Part shown: in pieces, positions 50,255-62,944 of the stretch
How positions within the stretch are numbered: the stretch's first letter is position 1
How the letters are laid out: each line of letters opens with the position of its first letter
DNA from: Squalus acanthias
Taxonomy: Eukaryota
DNA: 64,000 bases
Assembly: GCA_030390025.1 (NCBI GenBank)
Contig: CM059438.1
Coordinates: 35,774,001 to 35,838,000 of the forward strand
Reading direction: 5' to 3'
Translations under genes and position numbers: made by a program
The notes under the pieces: model-generated
What the model saw: only the letters and a program-made list of their open reading frames with translations
Told to the model about the DNA's origin: nothing
Database searches by the model: none

Positions 50255-50435
50255 CTCATGCTTGCACGAGCAGGAGGTGGGTCACTGGATAGCCAACAGG
50301 AAAAGGAACTCAGCCCAATTTTCTACCCCAAATCACTGCGCCAGCTGAGATCAGGTAATGCAGTCTACTGGTGACTGACCTTTGAGCCTGGTGTATGGCC
50401 CAGCTACTTGCCACTTCAATCAGCTGAGTGATCAG
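50255..50435 (-). mobile_element. AmnSINE2-like SINE fragment
   Basis: gtcactggatagc and cagctgagatcag reverse-complement motifs. Confidence 0.5.
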
Positions 50436-52154
50436 AAGGGCTCTGAAGAAATTACAGAAATAAAGTAGTTTTTACCTCCATGCCATGTTAATTGTGAGGG
50501 GTAATAAATATCAGCCACAGACTCATTACATCACCACTTTAAAGTTGTTGACAGAAGTGAAACAAACAGTGCTTGGCACTGAAATGGAAATTGCTTTATT
50601 TTTGTAATTTTTGCATTAATACAAAATTTTAAAGTTCATACAATCCAGAGATCGTTACATATGCAGTTCAGACAACAGGGTGGGGGTGAATGCTGTATAT
50701 TTACATTCCCATATAAAAGATAGAAACAAAGCTGCTTAAATTTGATAAAAAGATGGTAGTGATTAGCTGCACACACTGAATAAGTGATGAGAACTGCTCA
50801 AGTCAGTCAGATCTGGAGAACACAGAGCAGCCTAATGCATACTTGAACCAAGAAAGGGTTAACTATTTGTTCTGAAGCATTTCAGTTACTGCACACATAA
50901 TATGTTCCAGTTGAGAACCACACAGAGCAAGTGAGCACGAGTGCGAACCAAGTCCAAACATCATTTATTTCTATATACAAACTTCCCCTCAAATGATCAT
51001 TGCCTTCCCAGAACTTCACTTCAGTTAATTCTTTCATTGGTTGTGTTTTTGCTCATGTGGTTTTTAAAATTACTCAAAATAATCTTAAGCAATGCAAAAC
51101 TTGACACCTTTGAGCTGGCTTTCCAGAGTAAAAGTAGTCAGAATTGAGAGATGACGGCGGTGGATAGTATGGGAAGCTGAATAATTTGTCGGCAGAGCAA
51201 TTGAAGGGCACAAGAGATACTATTGAAGACATTTTGGGACTGGATCGATGGGCCATGTTTTTCCAGGTAATCTACTCCACCTTATGATTTCTGCATTGAA
51301 CTTATACCATTGTACTTCTAAAGGCAACTCTGGAGGACTTCCTACTGCAGTCCACTGAACCATATGAAACAAAGGGATTTCCTGAACAAGGACATAATTT
51401 AGCAAGTAAAGACATTACATGTCTTTTCTGTATACCAAGGAATGTCTAAAGGTCTTTCACCATTTAAATGATGCCTTGATTGTAACCCATGGTCCTGTTA
51501 TTTTTCCTATACATCAGCTTTATTGTTGCAGATATCAGTCATCATACTTTCCTCCCCACCCCACCACCAAACAGGAAGCAAACAATTTAGCAGATGCAAA
51601 TTTATTTTCTGTTGGTCACTGTAGGAAATTGCATCTGTGCTGCAAACAATTGAACATATGCACGCCATCACGTTGTAGCACTTCAGGGTTAGCTGCAAGC
51701 AACAAACGCAAAATACTGCGGATACAATACAAGTAGTACTGGATTCCTCAACTGTTCGTGCAGCCCAGCCCAGTACAAATTGTTACTGGCAGACAGACTC
51801 CAAACTAATCCTGCCAAAGAAACATGCATTACAACTAGCACCTAAGGAGCGAGCTTCAGTGGGTATTATGGCAAACCAATCCTTTATTAGCAAATTGGTG
51901 CATTTTATAACACACTAAATAGAAAGCAGAGTATTGTCACCTTCCCTTTATAAAGCAGTTTTCTGCCACACCTCTTCTTGGCTTCCCTGTACCATTCACC
52001 ATCAGCAGCTGAGAAAGGTGACCCAATCCCAAGCTTCTGGGAGCTCAAGTATTTCTAGAATATCTACACTTACACACTCACTGCTAGTTAAACCCACAAA
52101 AAAAGTGTCACTTAATAAAATTCAAAATATGAGGGATGTAAGCTTTGTACTCAC

Positions 52155-52198
52155 CAATCAAACACAGTCAAACTTATTCTTTCACACATAGATGGAAA
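52155..52198 (-). CDS. MYOF: MYOF exon ~15: FPSMCERISLTVFD(W)
   Basis: 44 nt, phase 0-2, GT-AG. Confidence 0.94.
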
Positions 52199-54316
52199 CT
52201 GCAGAAGAGAAAAAAGTTAGCTGTTATTTCATATATTCTTCAATTACTATTGCACTGCAAAAACCCAAAAGAGCAGTTACAAGAGATTGAATTTAATTAG
52301 CCCTGCTGGATTTCATTATTTACCAGGTAACTGGGTGAGTGAGCATATCTTGTGCAGCCATCTTAAATTCAGTTACATGCCCAACCATAGTTCAAGCTGT
52401 CTACCATCGACCTGCTAAGCATGTGGGCACAAGGTCAGCACCCCACCTACAATATGATAACCACCCTCAGCATATTCTTATCACTACTGGATGATAGCAT
52501 CTGAAGGACATTTACAAACACCCTACTTTCAGCAGAGACCTCTCACCCTCCCGACTAAGATGCGTAGCAGGTTTCTTTTCCCTCCCCACAGTGCACCACA
52601 ACACAGAAAAGGTCCCATCTGTAATACAGGTCACTGTGGAAAGTTTTCATTCCATACATGCACAACCTTTCTAAAGCAGCTCGCTACTTTTAACCACATC
52701 ACATTCTAGCAGATGACGGCACTTCAAGTTTGTACCCAACTCATGAAAATCTCAAATCCACAATTTGCCCATTGTCAACAGCTCTGTTGTCCCTTGTGGT
52801 GGCTCCCAAGACAACATGTCTGTTGCTATTCCATCAAGTTTTTCCTTAAAAAAAGACTTCAGCACCACACCTAGCATAGCCTCAAGTTATATACTGTACT
52901 GGACCATTTCACACTCACCCCTGTACTAATAGTTTGATATTAAATATACAGCTCCTTATTAATTTTGGGGGGAATGCACAATATATAATTTTCTCCTTTT
53001 GCCTCCTAAGTTTATGTACAAAGTACATATAAAGCCCTGCATCCCACCTGGACTCCAAGGTGTTGAAAAGCATAGATGATGCAGCTTTAAGCCAACTATT
53101 TGGCTTAGATGGCAAGTGCAGAACTAGAGGATACATGTTCAAATTTAGTGCTCAAGTGAGACTAGAGATTAAAAAGAACATCTCCTTTGAGTAGTTGCAT
53201 GTTTGAACCCAACTCAAGGAAAGACCAATTGATGCTGTATTGATTAGCATCTTCAGAAAAGGAACTGAAGATAAGCCAAGCCAAGAAGTCCATGCTACCA
53301 TTGCGCTAACAGAAGTAGGATGGGGTGTAGCTTCCACCCGCCGCTCTGACCTGCTGCCGAACATGTCCCAAATTATAGGACTAGCATTTAAATAACGGGG
53401 AGTGGGCCCCTCTGTTCTAGTAAACATCATGCCTCAGTAGTGGTGGAAACAAACAGGTCTCAAGAGCATCTACTGCACATTTCACCAATTTTTCAAACAA
53501 ATAATTTAAAAATCTTCCATCCTCACACTTTGTTGGCACCACTTGACTTCTTGTGGCTAGACTGGTTACATTCCCCCTCAATTGTTTCCACTATAAATGT
53601 CTATTTGCACATTTATAATGGACACTGCTTTGTAAACTGGTCATGCTGTAATTACACCCTCCTGCCATGGTGAAACTGCAGCACCTCCACTGGTTGGGGT
53701 GGGGGTGCATGTAATTAATTTGCGACAAGTTTACATAGGCAGTTTCTATTGTAAATGTGGACATGGAGATTTATGTTAAATTTAAAAATGGACAGAATGC
53801 ATAACTTTAAAATGGGGATTTAATTACATCTGCTTAATCTGGTTTAACTATCTCCACATTCTAACCCTATTTCACCCGAATACGACTCGACTCCCATGTT
53901 CAAAACCACGGGAGATAGATTAACATCTTATCAAAAATGTTATGTATGCACACACTTGTTTAATTACCTTGCTTGTCACCATTTTGTCATGCTTTTGTCA
54001 ACATTTAACACTGAAACTGCCCTTGTAAACATTGACTAATGATTTGGTTTCAGGCTTTGGCCACTAGGTGACTCTCTGGCACATCTCCCAACAATGTCTA
54101 GCTACTCAATCTGCCATGCGGTTTCTCAGCCAATCTACAAAAAATCTCGGACAAAAGATAAGCAATAGACCAATACAGCAAAAAAGGTAGATCGGAATGG
54201 GCAGTAAAAGAAGTGAATATGGCTACTCCTCTGACTTGCCATGACCAATGTCACAGGGCATCTACTAGTATATCAAAAACAATAATTGCAGTTAATGAAA
54301 CAGAAGCAGATCCTAC

Positions 54317-54385
54317 CTTGACTTGAAGGTTGACGGTTTGATTCCACTCAGGATTTGCATTTTTTTCTATTATCTTTGTACAAAG
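54317..54385 (-). CDS. MYOF: MYOF exon ~14: LCTKIIEKNANPEWNQTVNLQVK
   Basis: 69 nt, phase 0-0, GT-AG; only a 102-nt intron upstream. Confidence 0.95.
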
Positions 54386-54487
54386 CTACAACAGAACCAA
54401 GAGTCAGTGTGGCACATGTAGGGCAATGGGTAGGAAGCTAGAATTCCATGCTGAAGTCACAGGACATGGACACTGCCAGATTCTCAC

Positions 54488-54591
54488 CTTTTTCCCAGCA
54501 AAGCCAACTTCCACATATGGGTCCACGAGGTTTTTCTTGTCAGACCCTGCTCCAAATAATGACTTGACAGTTTCTGCAAAGGCATCATCCA
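54488..54591 (-). CDS. MYOF: MYOF exon ~13: (M)[34 protein letters not shown]
   Basis: 104 nt, phase 1-0, GT-AG. Confidence 0.96.
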
Positions 54592-54819
54592 CTAAAAAGA
54601 GGAACACAAGGACATGAGTTTGATCACAACTCGTCACTAATGTGTTTCAACAGTGCATTAATCTCAGCAGTTAAAGAAAGCCAGAAATAACTAATTGACA
54701 GATAGACATCTAAAAGAACAAGACAGATTAAACACCACACAATCTAGTTTAAATGCAGTGGATACCTTGCAACAGTAACAGGCACTAAAATAGGACCTAC
54801 AACACACTTACACATCCCA

Positions 54820-55460
54820 AAGCACATCACAAAGTTGATATGGCCAAACTGGAGTAAGGAGGGATAGGGAGAAAGATAGGGAAAGTGGTCAAAAGCAGTA
54901 TCGAAGAGGAAGCCTTTTTCAGTGATTGGGGTAAGGCACAAATGGGTGACATTTGGGAGATGGAATTAGATGATTTAAGGCTCAGCTCAGGACCAAAGAA
55001 AACACATGGCTCTACACCACAGGGTGACATCGAAGTAAACAATCAGAAAGTGGGATGGAACTGGGGCCTAGGGTGCAATGTTTGACATGAGCCAAACAGA
55101 ATGGTTTCAGTCTTCCCAACATTAAGCTGAAGATTGCAGCTCATCCACCTGCTTGACAATCATCAAGTCTGGATCGCACAACCAGAGTAAGGAAACCAGC
55201 AGGGGTAAAGTTGGGCATCAGCTGACCCTATGCTTACAGATAATGTCACTAAGCAGCAGCATACAGATGAGCAATAGGAGGGGTCCAACGATGGAACCCT
55301 GGGGCACACAGGTGACTGAACAAGCATGGGGTGCCTCACTGCAGGAAATGGGGTGTTAACATTGGGACAAGCAAGAATGGAACTATGGGAGGGCAGCGCC
55401 ACAGAGTTGGAGCACAAGAAGGGTGATGCAGCTGACTACCAAGATGATGAGGGAGAGAAT
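54820..55460 (-). mobile_element. Degenerate L2-like RT fragment
   Basis: Minus strand reads VPQGSIVGPLLLLICML near 55255-55310, with a downstream ADAQLY remnant. Confidence 0.55.
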
Positions 55461-55502
55461 AGGGACAGTAGATAGCACACAATTGCATAGGATATCATGT
55501 GC

Positions 55503-55804
55503 AACACGGTGGCATAGTGGTTAGCACTGTTGCCTCACAGCGCCAGAGACCCGGGTTCGAATCCGGCCTCGGGTAACTGTGTGGAGTTTGCACATTCTCC
55601 CCATGTCTGCGCGGGTTTCCTCCGGGTGCTCCGGTTTCCTCCCACAGTCCAAAGATGTGCGGGTTAGGTTGATTTGGCTATGATAAATTGACCCTTAGTG
55701 TTAGGGGGATTAAATACGTGGGGATAGGGTGGGATATGTGTCGGTGCAGGCTCGATGGGCCGAAATGGCCTCTATCTGAACTGTGGAGATTCTGTGATTC
55801 TGTG
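55503..55804 (+). mobile_element. HE1-type V-SINE (elasmobranch)
   Basis: A box tggcatagtgg, B box ggttcgaatcc, V-domain tgtgtggagtttgcacattctcccc...ccggtttcctcccacagtccaaagatgtgc, LINE-derived tail gatgggccgaaatggcct...(gattctgt)x2. Confidence 0.9.
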
Positions 55805-56579
55805 CATCTTTAACCAGGTTTCCTGGTCAAATGGAAAGCAGATTGAAAGTAATTGAATAGGAAGTGGCAGAAGAGGTGAACAGAAATTTGGGTGGTGCTA
55901 CACATTTAGAATCTAGGAGAGGAAGAGGTAGAAAATGAGCTAGTAGTTAATGATGAAAGCATGGCCTATTTGAATAGAAGGGGGGGTGGGGGGAGGAAGA
56001 GAAATGTCGAAGGAAGGTACCTGCTGACAATATCAGCTATCACTGGGTGTGGGGAAGAGGTACTCGAGTGGTCAAGGGGGCAAGAAAGCAGTTGGTGGGT
56101 CTAATAAGTGCTAGGGATGAAGACCTCTAATAAGTGCTAGAGATGGCGGTCAAGAGCAGGAAGATGGTGAGGTAGCCAAGCAGATAAAATTTGGTACACT
56201 ACAAAATCCAGCAGCTGTTTGTAACTTCTGTCATATGAGAGGACAGAGGGCACTAAGGAGATGTGTGCCATTTGTGCACTAAAGTCTGTGGCCCTCAGAT
56301 TTGAGGATACTAAGGCGGGCATTACATTAGGAAAAATCATAGGGCGAGAGACTACAAGCGAGAGACTACAAGCAATTTGCTTGGGAGGAAGGTAGTTATT
56401 GCACATGTACACAATAGCAACATTCACAAAACTAGAGATGGGGTGGGGGGTGGAGAGGAAGGAAAGAGGACAGTTGTTTGCAGATTTCAGAAATTTCTCA
56501 TTTCACAATGCAGTCCTCTTGAATGTTTAGGACCAGGAATATTGTTGCAAAATACTTCATGCCTGGTTTCAGAGTTGAT

Positions 56580-56855
56580 TCTTCTCACATCCTATTTCCT
56601 TGCTCACCTTGTCCAGTGGTTGCTTATGCTGGGGTTTGGTTCCACTGATACAAGCTGCAATCTAGCACCTTGTTCAAGTGGCAATTCTACACATGAGCTT
56701 GGACAAGGAGTGTCAATAGGCTAGGTCAACCGTGGAGGAAGTTAGGCAGCGCAGCCAAGCCCAACAATATCCTCAGCCTATGTCTGTACACATGCACTTT
56801 CAGCAGGAGTTCACTGGATAGCAACAGGGAGTTGGAATCCAGCTGATCTGTCAGC
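56580..56855 (-). mobile_element. AmnSINE2-like SINE
   Basis: cacatgcactttcagcaggagttcactggatagcaa. Confidence 0.55.
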
Positions 56856-57298
56856 TACTGATGAAAGCACGCAATTACAGGAAGCAACCAAACCTCAGGA
56901 GAATTCAAGGTTGCGTACCTGAGAGGTTGCATTCAACAGCTGTTTTACAAACACCACACAAGGCAAGGAGGAGAAAAAAGGTTCCAAGTTAGATTTCACT
57001 GCCACCCACACACAAAGCACAAGTTCAGTTACCTTTGAACTACTTAATGTGGATTCACTATAGTGGATCTATAGGATGGCTCCTGTTAAGAGAAACTTGG
57101 GATACTGAAAGCTATTAAATCTGTTAATCAACCCCACCAATAGTTAGTGGATTCAGAAACTGCATGAAATGAACGTGAAACAAAGTAAATCACTGAAGGC
57201 AGGATACTGCAGCTGAAGCAGGATTTTTCTTGTTGTAATATTTATTCCTAGTTACTAAAATTACTATATTCTTCTCTTCAAGCAGAAATGTAACTTAC

Positions 57299-57425
57299 TC
57301 TGTGGAATATCCTCTGCTCTGTAAATCTTCAAAAGGAATGTCACCCATCGAAGAGTGAGGCCTGCGGGGAGCAGCAGGTTGCTTTCAACATCATCGCGCT
57401 CTTCATTGGTCTCTTTTTTCTCAAT
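57299..57425 (-). CDS. MYOF: MYOF exon ~12: IEKKETNEERDDVESNLLLPAGLTLRWVTFLLKIYRAEDIPQ
   Basis: 127 nt, phase 0-1, GT-AG. Confidence 0.96.
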
Positions 57426-57879
57426 CTATTGAACAGAAGATATATTTTTTTTTTAAAAAGGCTGATGCATTAATAGTCAGATAGAAGCTGCAGTGAAGCA
57501 TAACATTACTTTGCTGTTCCTGCCTCTCACCAACTTCTTAATCTAGCCCATCATGTGAGGGGCTTTGGCAGAGAGATGTGACACCAACATTGCCCCTTGG
57601 TATGCAATGATAGTTTAGGTGCAGTTCAGAGCCTTCGTTCCCTGTAACCATTTCATTTTATTGCCACAAATCCACTTGACAGCTTGGTCCATCAGATCTT
57701 TTGTCACTGAAAGAGTGCCCTTTCTACCCCGGCCATTCTCAGTAGTGCTGGAGGATGGCATCCAGGCTGAAGTGGTCATCGATCAGGATTCCCAGGTATT
57801 GATATGAAACAATTGGATCAGATACCCTCCTAGTTCCCCACTAATACCTTGGAGATTCCCTTCAGCTGTGCAAAGCCTT

Positions 57880-58100
57880 CGTACTGCACTTTCCAAAACT
57901 TTGTGCACGCCAAGGTGGCCTTGGAACGAGATCACATGGTGTCCACCCATTCGCTTGAAGCCTTCTGCGACCATCGTAACCACTGGACACTCCATCTCAA
58001 ACAATGCAAACCATCACAATTTAACACTAAGTGTACTTTTAATTTGACTGGGCCACTTACATTAGTGCTGGCCCTCCTTTTGAAGGGGGCACTTGTAGTG
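57880..58100 (+). mobile_element. Possible L1/Tx1-like LINE 3' remnant
   Basis: KVALERDHMVSTHSLEAF resembles recalled Tx1-type ORF2 C-termini. Confidence 0.35.
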
Positions 58101-59181
58101 GTATTGTTCCTGTGCCACTTGATTGGACCAGATCCAGATCAAAAATAGTCCTTCGTACCACACTTGGGGGCACCCAACACCATATCCCACTGGCTATCCC
58201 ATTATTCAAACTGGTGAATGGCGCACACCAGATCGCGAGGAGAGTCTGGCAGCGTCACAATATCAAACAAGAATAAGCCCTGCAATTCTTCCACATACTC
58301 TCGAATAGACATGCCAAGGCCATCGCCGCTAATGTTAGTCAACACATCAGGTGATTAAGTTTTATTCACTTTCTGCACACATCCATCTTGAAGTACATCC
58401 CTAAATGCAATATACTGAATAGGAATTCCATAATTAGCATTACTAGCTGGAAGTGCTCAAAAACCATTACTACACCCCATTACTATAAAGTCATTGTAAC
58501 ATTAACCCTGAACATGCATGGATATCTCACCATCTTTAATATTGAATAAACCGGTTATTTTGTAGTTGGCAGCTTTCCCCCTGCCCGCTCCTGAAGTACC
58601 AAAAGGAACTTTCCAGTTAGATAGTTGAGAAAATGTGTTACTTTTCAGTTTTGGTTTCAAGCAATAAAGAACTTTGTTTTTCAAAAAAACAAGCTACTTC
58701 TACTGACTCCACCTTACCTTATATTAACTTATCCTCCATATAATAGATTAAAAAAAGCTATTTTACTCTTTCCTGAATCTCTATGCCCTCATCACCTATT
58801 CTCAGATAGGACCCATGCCATTCAAAACTGGCCTATTTGTGGTCCATTTTCAGTCAAGGCTCATGACATATTGTTGGGGTCGTATTGATTTTCTCATCTG
58901 TGGTTTTTTGCAGGCCAAACTGTCGGAATTCTCATTAGCAGTCACAGCAACACAAGAATGCCGTACAAAACACTCAGTAGTGATGCTCTAAGGGTCAAGA
59001 TTTGTATTCTAATGAACGCAGATATCAGCACGTGATCCTAAACATTACACGCAGCTCATCAGTGGCCTGGGGGACGCAATTGAACCATTTACAGAACAAG
59101 GGACCATGATACACAACCACTGGGGATAACCCTCATTTTGTTACGAGGATGAATTCATACACATTCCACAAAATAAATTAC

Positions 59182-59297
59182 CGGAGGCTCATCTCCTGTC
59201 GCCAAGACAAATAAGCTGACTTTCATGTATCCCTTGGATCCTGTACTTGTGTCTTCAGGATCATGAAGGAGTAGCCATTTCCTTAGAATAGCATGTC
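59182..59297 (-). CDS. MYOF: MYOF exon ~11: (G)[38 protein letters not shown]
   Basis: 116 nt, phase 1-0, GT-AG. Confidence 0.96.
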
Positions 59298-59487
59298 CTG
59301 TGGAAAGTAAAAACTCAGCTTAAATGACTTTATCCAACACCAGTCACACAACACTGCCTGACAATAGCTCCGAACTTAAAAGCAGAACATGCATTGGTTA
59401 CACTCAGCAGTTTGGGGAACATTTACCATTATGTATCTTTTATTCCATTTTGATTTAAACCATTCCATCCCCACAACCAGGTCACAA

Positions 59488-61378
59488 GATAGAGATCTGG
59501 CCCAGGTGGACTGGATCAAAAGATTGGAATGCCAAACAGTAAATGAGCAATGGGAGGCCTTTAAAGAAGAGAAGGTTCGGGTACAGACCAGACACATTCC
59601 CAGGAAGGGGAAAGGAAAGGCATCCAAAGCTAGAGTGCCCTGGATGACTAAAGATTAAAATGAAACAGGAACGGAGGCTTATGATAAACAGCAGGTTCAT
59701 AATTTCAGTCGAGAACCAAGCTGAATCGAAAAAGTAGAGAGAACAGAAAAAGGAAGCAAGAGAGTGTATGAGAATAGATTAGCAGGCAACATAAAAGGGA
59801 TCCCAAAAGTCTTTTATAAATATATATAGTAAAAGGAGATCTTGTACTGGAGGCAGAGGGCATGGCTGAGTTACTAAGAGATAAAGAGGAAGTACTTAAA
59901 AGGTTGGCAGTGCTCAAAGTAGAAATGTCGCCCGGTCTGGAAGTGACGTATCCTAGGTTGCTGAAGGAAGCATGGGTGGAAAGTGCAGAGGCTCTGTGCA
60001 CACACACACGGAGGATTTCAAATGTTAAACCCCGGTTCAAAAAAAGGGGGAGATAAACCCGGCAACTACAGGCCAATCAGCCAAATGCCAGTAATGGGGT
60101 CAAAACCAAACAGCATTTAGAAAAATATGGGTTAATAAAATGAAAGCCAGCACGGATTTGTTAAAGGCAAATCGTGTTTGACTAACTTGATTGAGCACTT
60201 TGATGATGTAACAGTACAATTGATGTGTATATGGACTTACATGAGGCATTTGATGAAGTACCACATAATAGACTAGTTAGCAAATTCAAAGCCCATGGGA
60301 TTAAAGGGGCAGTACTGCATGGATACAAATTTGGTTAAGGGACAGAAAGCAGGCAGTAGTGGTGAGCAGTTGTTTTTCAGACTGGAGGGAGATATACAGT
60401 GGTGTCCCCCAAGGGTCAGCGTTGGACCACTGCTCTTTGATTTATATTAATGACTGGGACTTGGGTATACAGGGCATAATTTCAAAGTTTGCAGATTACA
60501 CAAAATTCAGAAATGTAGTAAACAGTGAGGAGGATAGCAACAGACATCAGAAGGACAGACTGATGAAACAGGCAGACACATGGAATATGAAATTTAATGC
60601 AGGGAAATTTGAAGTGATTCATTTTGGTAGGAAGAATTAGGAGAGGCAATATAAACTAAATTGTACAACTTTAGAGGGGGTGCAGAAACAGACATCTGGG
60701 GGTGTACGTACACAAGTCTTTGAAGGGGTTAGGACAAGTCAACAAGTCTGTTAAAAAGGCATACATGATCCTTGGTTTTAAAAATAGAGGCATAGAGTAC
60801 AAAAGCAAAGAAGTTATGCTAAACCTTCATAAAACACTGGTTAGGCTCCAGCTGATGTATTATGGCCAATTCTGGGTACCACACTTTAGGAAAGGTGTCA
60901 AGGCCTTAGAGGGTGCAGAGGAGATTTACTAGAATGGTACCAGGGATGAGGGATTTCAGTTACATGGACAGACTAGAGAAACTGGGGTTGGTCTCCTTAG
61001 AGCAGAGAAGACGAAGGGGAGATTTGATAGGGGTGTTCAAAACCATGAAGGGTTTTGATGAGATTAAAAGGAGAAACTGTTTGCAGACAACCAAAGGATT
61101 TAAGTTGATTGGCAACAGAACCAGGAAGTGACATGAGTAAAGTTTTTATTTTCCCCTCCGTGAGTTGTGGTGTTCTGGAATACACTGCCTGAAAGGGTGG
61201 TGGAAGCAGATTCAACAATAGCTTTCAAAGCGAAATGGATAAATACTTGAAGTGGAAAAATTTGCAGGGCTATGGGGAAGAGAGCAGGGGAGTGGGACTA
61301 ATTGGCTAGCTCGTTCAAAGAGTCTGCACAGACATGATGGGCTGAATGACCTCCTTCAGTGCTGCATCATTATATGAT
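59488..61378 (+). mobile_element. CR1-like LINE (subfamily B), degenerate ORF2
   Basis: GVPQGS, KFADYTK, RGIEYKSKEV and LEKLGLVSLEQRR with many indels and stops. Confidence 0.92.
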
Positions 61379-62254
61379 GCAAAAAAAAAACCACCTTCGA
61401 TCCACTAGCATTACACAGAAAATCTAGAATTTGTACATTTGTAAGACACTCATTGGACTTCTGGTCATTTCCTCACTGCAGCAATAACTACAGGCCTCCA
61501 GTTGAGCAGCAACAGAAATCCCAATCTAGAATCACTTTTGGTTAAAACATCAAGACAAAGACCCCTTTGAAAGCTATTAAAAGGAAGCTGTTAAGAGTCC
61601 CTTATACAGTAGAGAACTCTGAAGAACCCCTCGCAGTCTTTGTGGCCTTCTCTTCAAAGAATGAATTTCAAATGAAGACATGTTCCTACTGGTTGTCCAC
61701 AAGGCACCTGTAAAAGTGGAAGCTGTAGCGACCACCAGACAGTCAGCCACTTGTCTGGAGTGTCCACACGTTTCTGTATCCCTCGACCTGGCCATTATAT
61801 AGTATGGGCACTGAATTCTGCTTACATAAACAACCTGACTCCTAACTATTGCAAGCAGGGGAGTGTGCACAGCTCCACTGGAAAGGACAGCTCCCTAGAA
61901 TGGCAGCCAGGACCAACACTGTTCATTTACACAGTGAACTACTTGGGCCTTGGGCCAGGCTCAGTTTTTTTCCCTGCTGGAGGAGATCCTGGTTAAAATG
62001 GGCACTTGTGAGTTATTGGCAATTCAGTTCAGTCCCGTGGGAGATGAAGACAGCTCCTATTATAAATGTAGCTCACGGCTATGAACATTGGATAAATCTT
62101 AGGCACAGGGTTTTCAGTCACAAGTTAGCCATGTAGCCAAGGGATGGGCTTTCATCAAAAACATGTGGCAAGCTGTGCCCATCACACTGCAAATCATGGT
62201 CCTGTTGCATCCTTCAATTCAGTGCAAAAGTGGCATAAAACTTTTCACCTTGTC

Positions 62255-62640
62255 AGTCTTGATCCTGGCTTCCCCCCCACCCAAGACACCAATCACTCTC
62301 CAGTACCTATCCAATTGGCCATTAATCATGTGAACCCAAATTTTGGCACAGTCCTTACCAGTTTAAGCAGGCTATTCAACCACACAGGGCATTACAGTTG
62401 AGCCCACCCAGTGTCAACACATGCACACTTCTAGCAGGAATCACTGGATAACAAATAGCGTTGAAACCATCGACAGCTTTTTTTCCTCCTTATTGCAGGA
62501 GCCACCCCCCCCCCCCACCCAGAGAACAATTAGAGCCTCTACCAACTCCCAACTATAATCAGCTAACTCAGCAGAGACCAGGGCTTGACCTTCCCACTCT
62601 GTACGGTGCGTCTACGAACTGGATAAACTCACTGGGGGCA
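62255..62640 (-). mobile_element. AmnSINE2-like SINE, near full length
   Basis: atcagctaactcagcagagaccaggg...gaccttcc is the reverse complement of the family head. Confidence 0.6.
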
Positions 62641-62913
62641 CCACAACCTTTTTGCTGCTGATATTCAACAATTTTCTCTTAAAAACGCAAGAGGAAACAG
62701 GAACAACACACCACTGAAGCAGAAGGTTGGAACATTACACACAAGCAATGGGAAGGATGATGTAACCACATTGAAATTACAGTAGCTGCATACCAAGCCT
62801 CAAAGGAAAAGGGGCCAGATGTAAATAGAATATCTTCTATAAATGTCTAGCAGTTTTGGGAAAGTGAAGAAAGCATATATTTCCCCAAAATATGTAAAAA
62901 CAATATTACCCAC

Positions 62914-62944
62914 CAGGTTCATCATACACATAGCCAATGTCCAG
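62914..62944 (-). CDS. MYOF: MYOF exon ~10: LDIGYVYDEP(G)
   Basis: 31 nt, phase 0-1, tttcag|CTG...CCTG|gtgggt; matches recalled IDVGFVYDEPG. Confidence 0.92.

Noticed and set aside
55503-55575. tRNA-like sequence with A and B boxes
   Set aside because: It is the head of an HE1-type SINE, continuing into V-domain and LINE tail, not a tRNA gene.
2559-62944. Assignment as dysferlin or FER1L5
   Set aside because: Peptides match recalled myoferlin nearly residue for residue in diagnostic stretches; a phylogeny would be the formal test.
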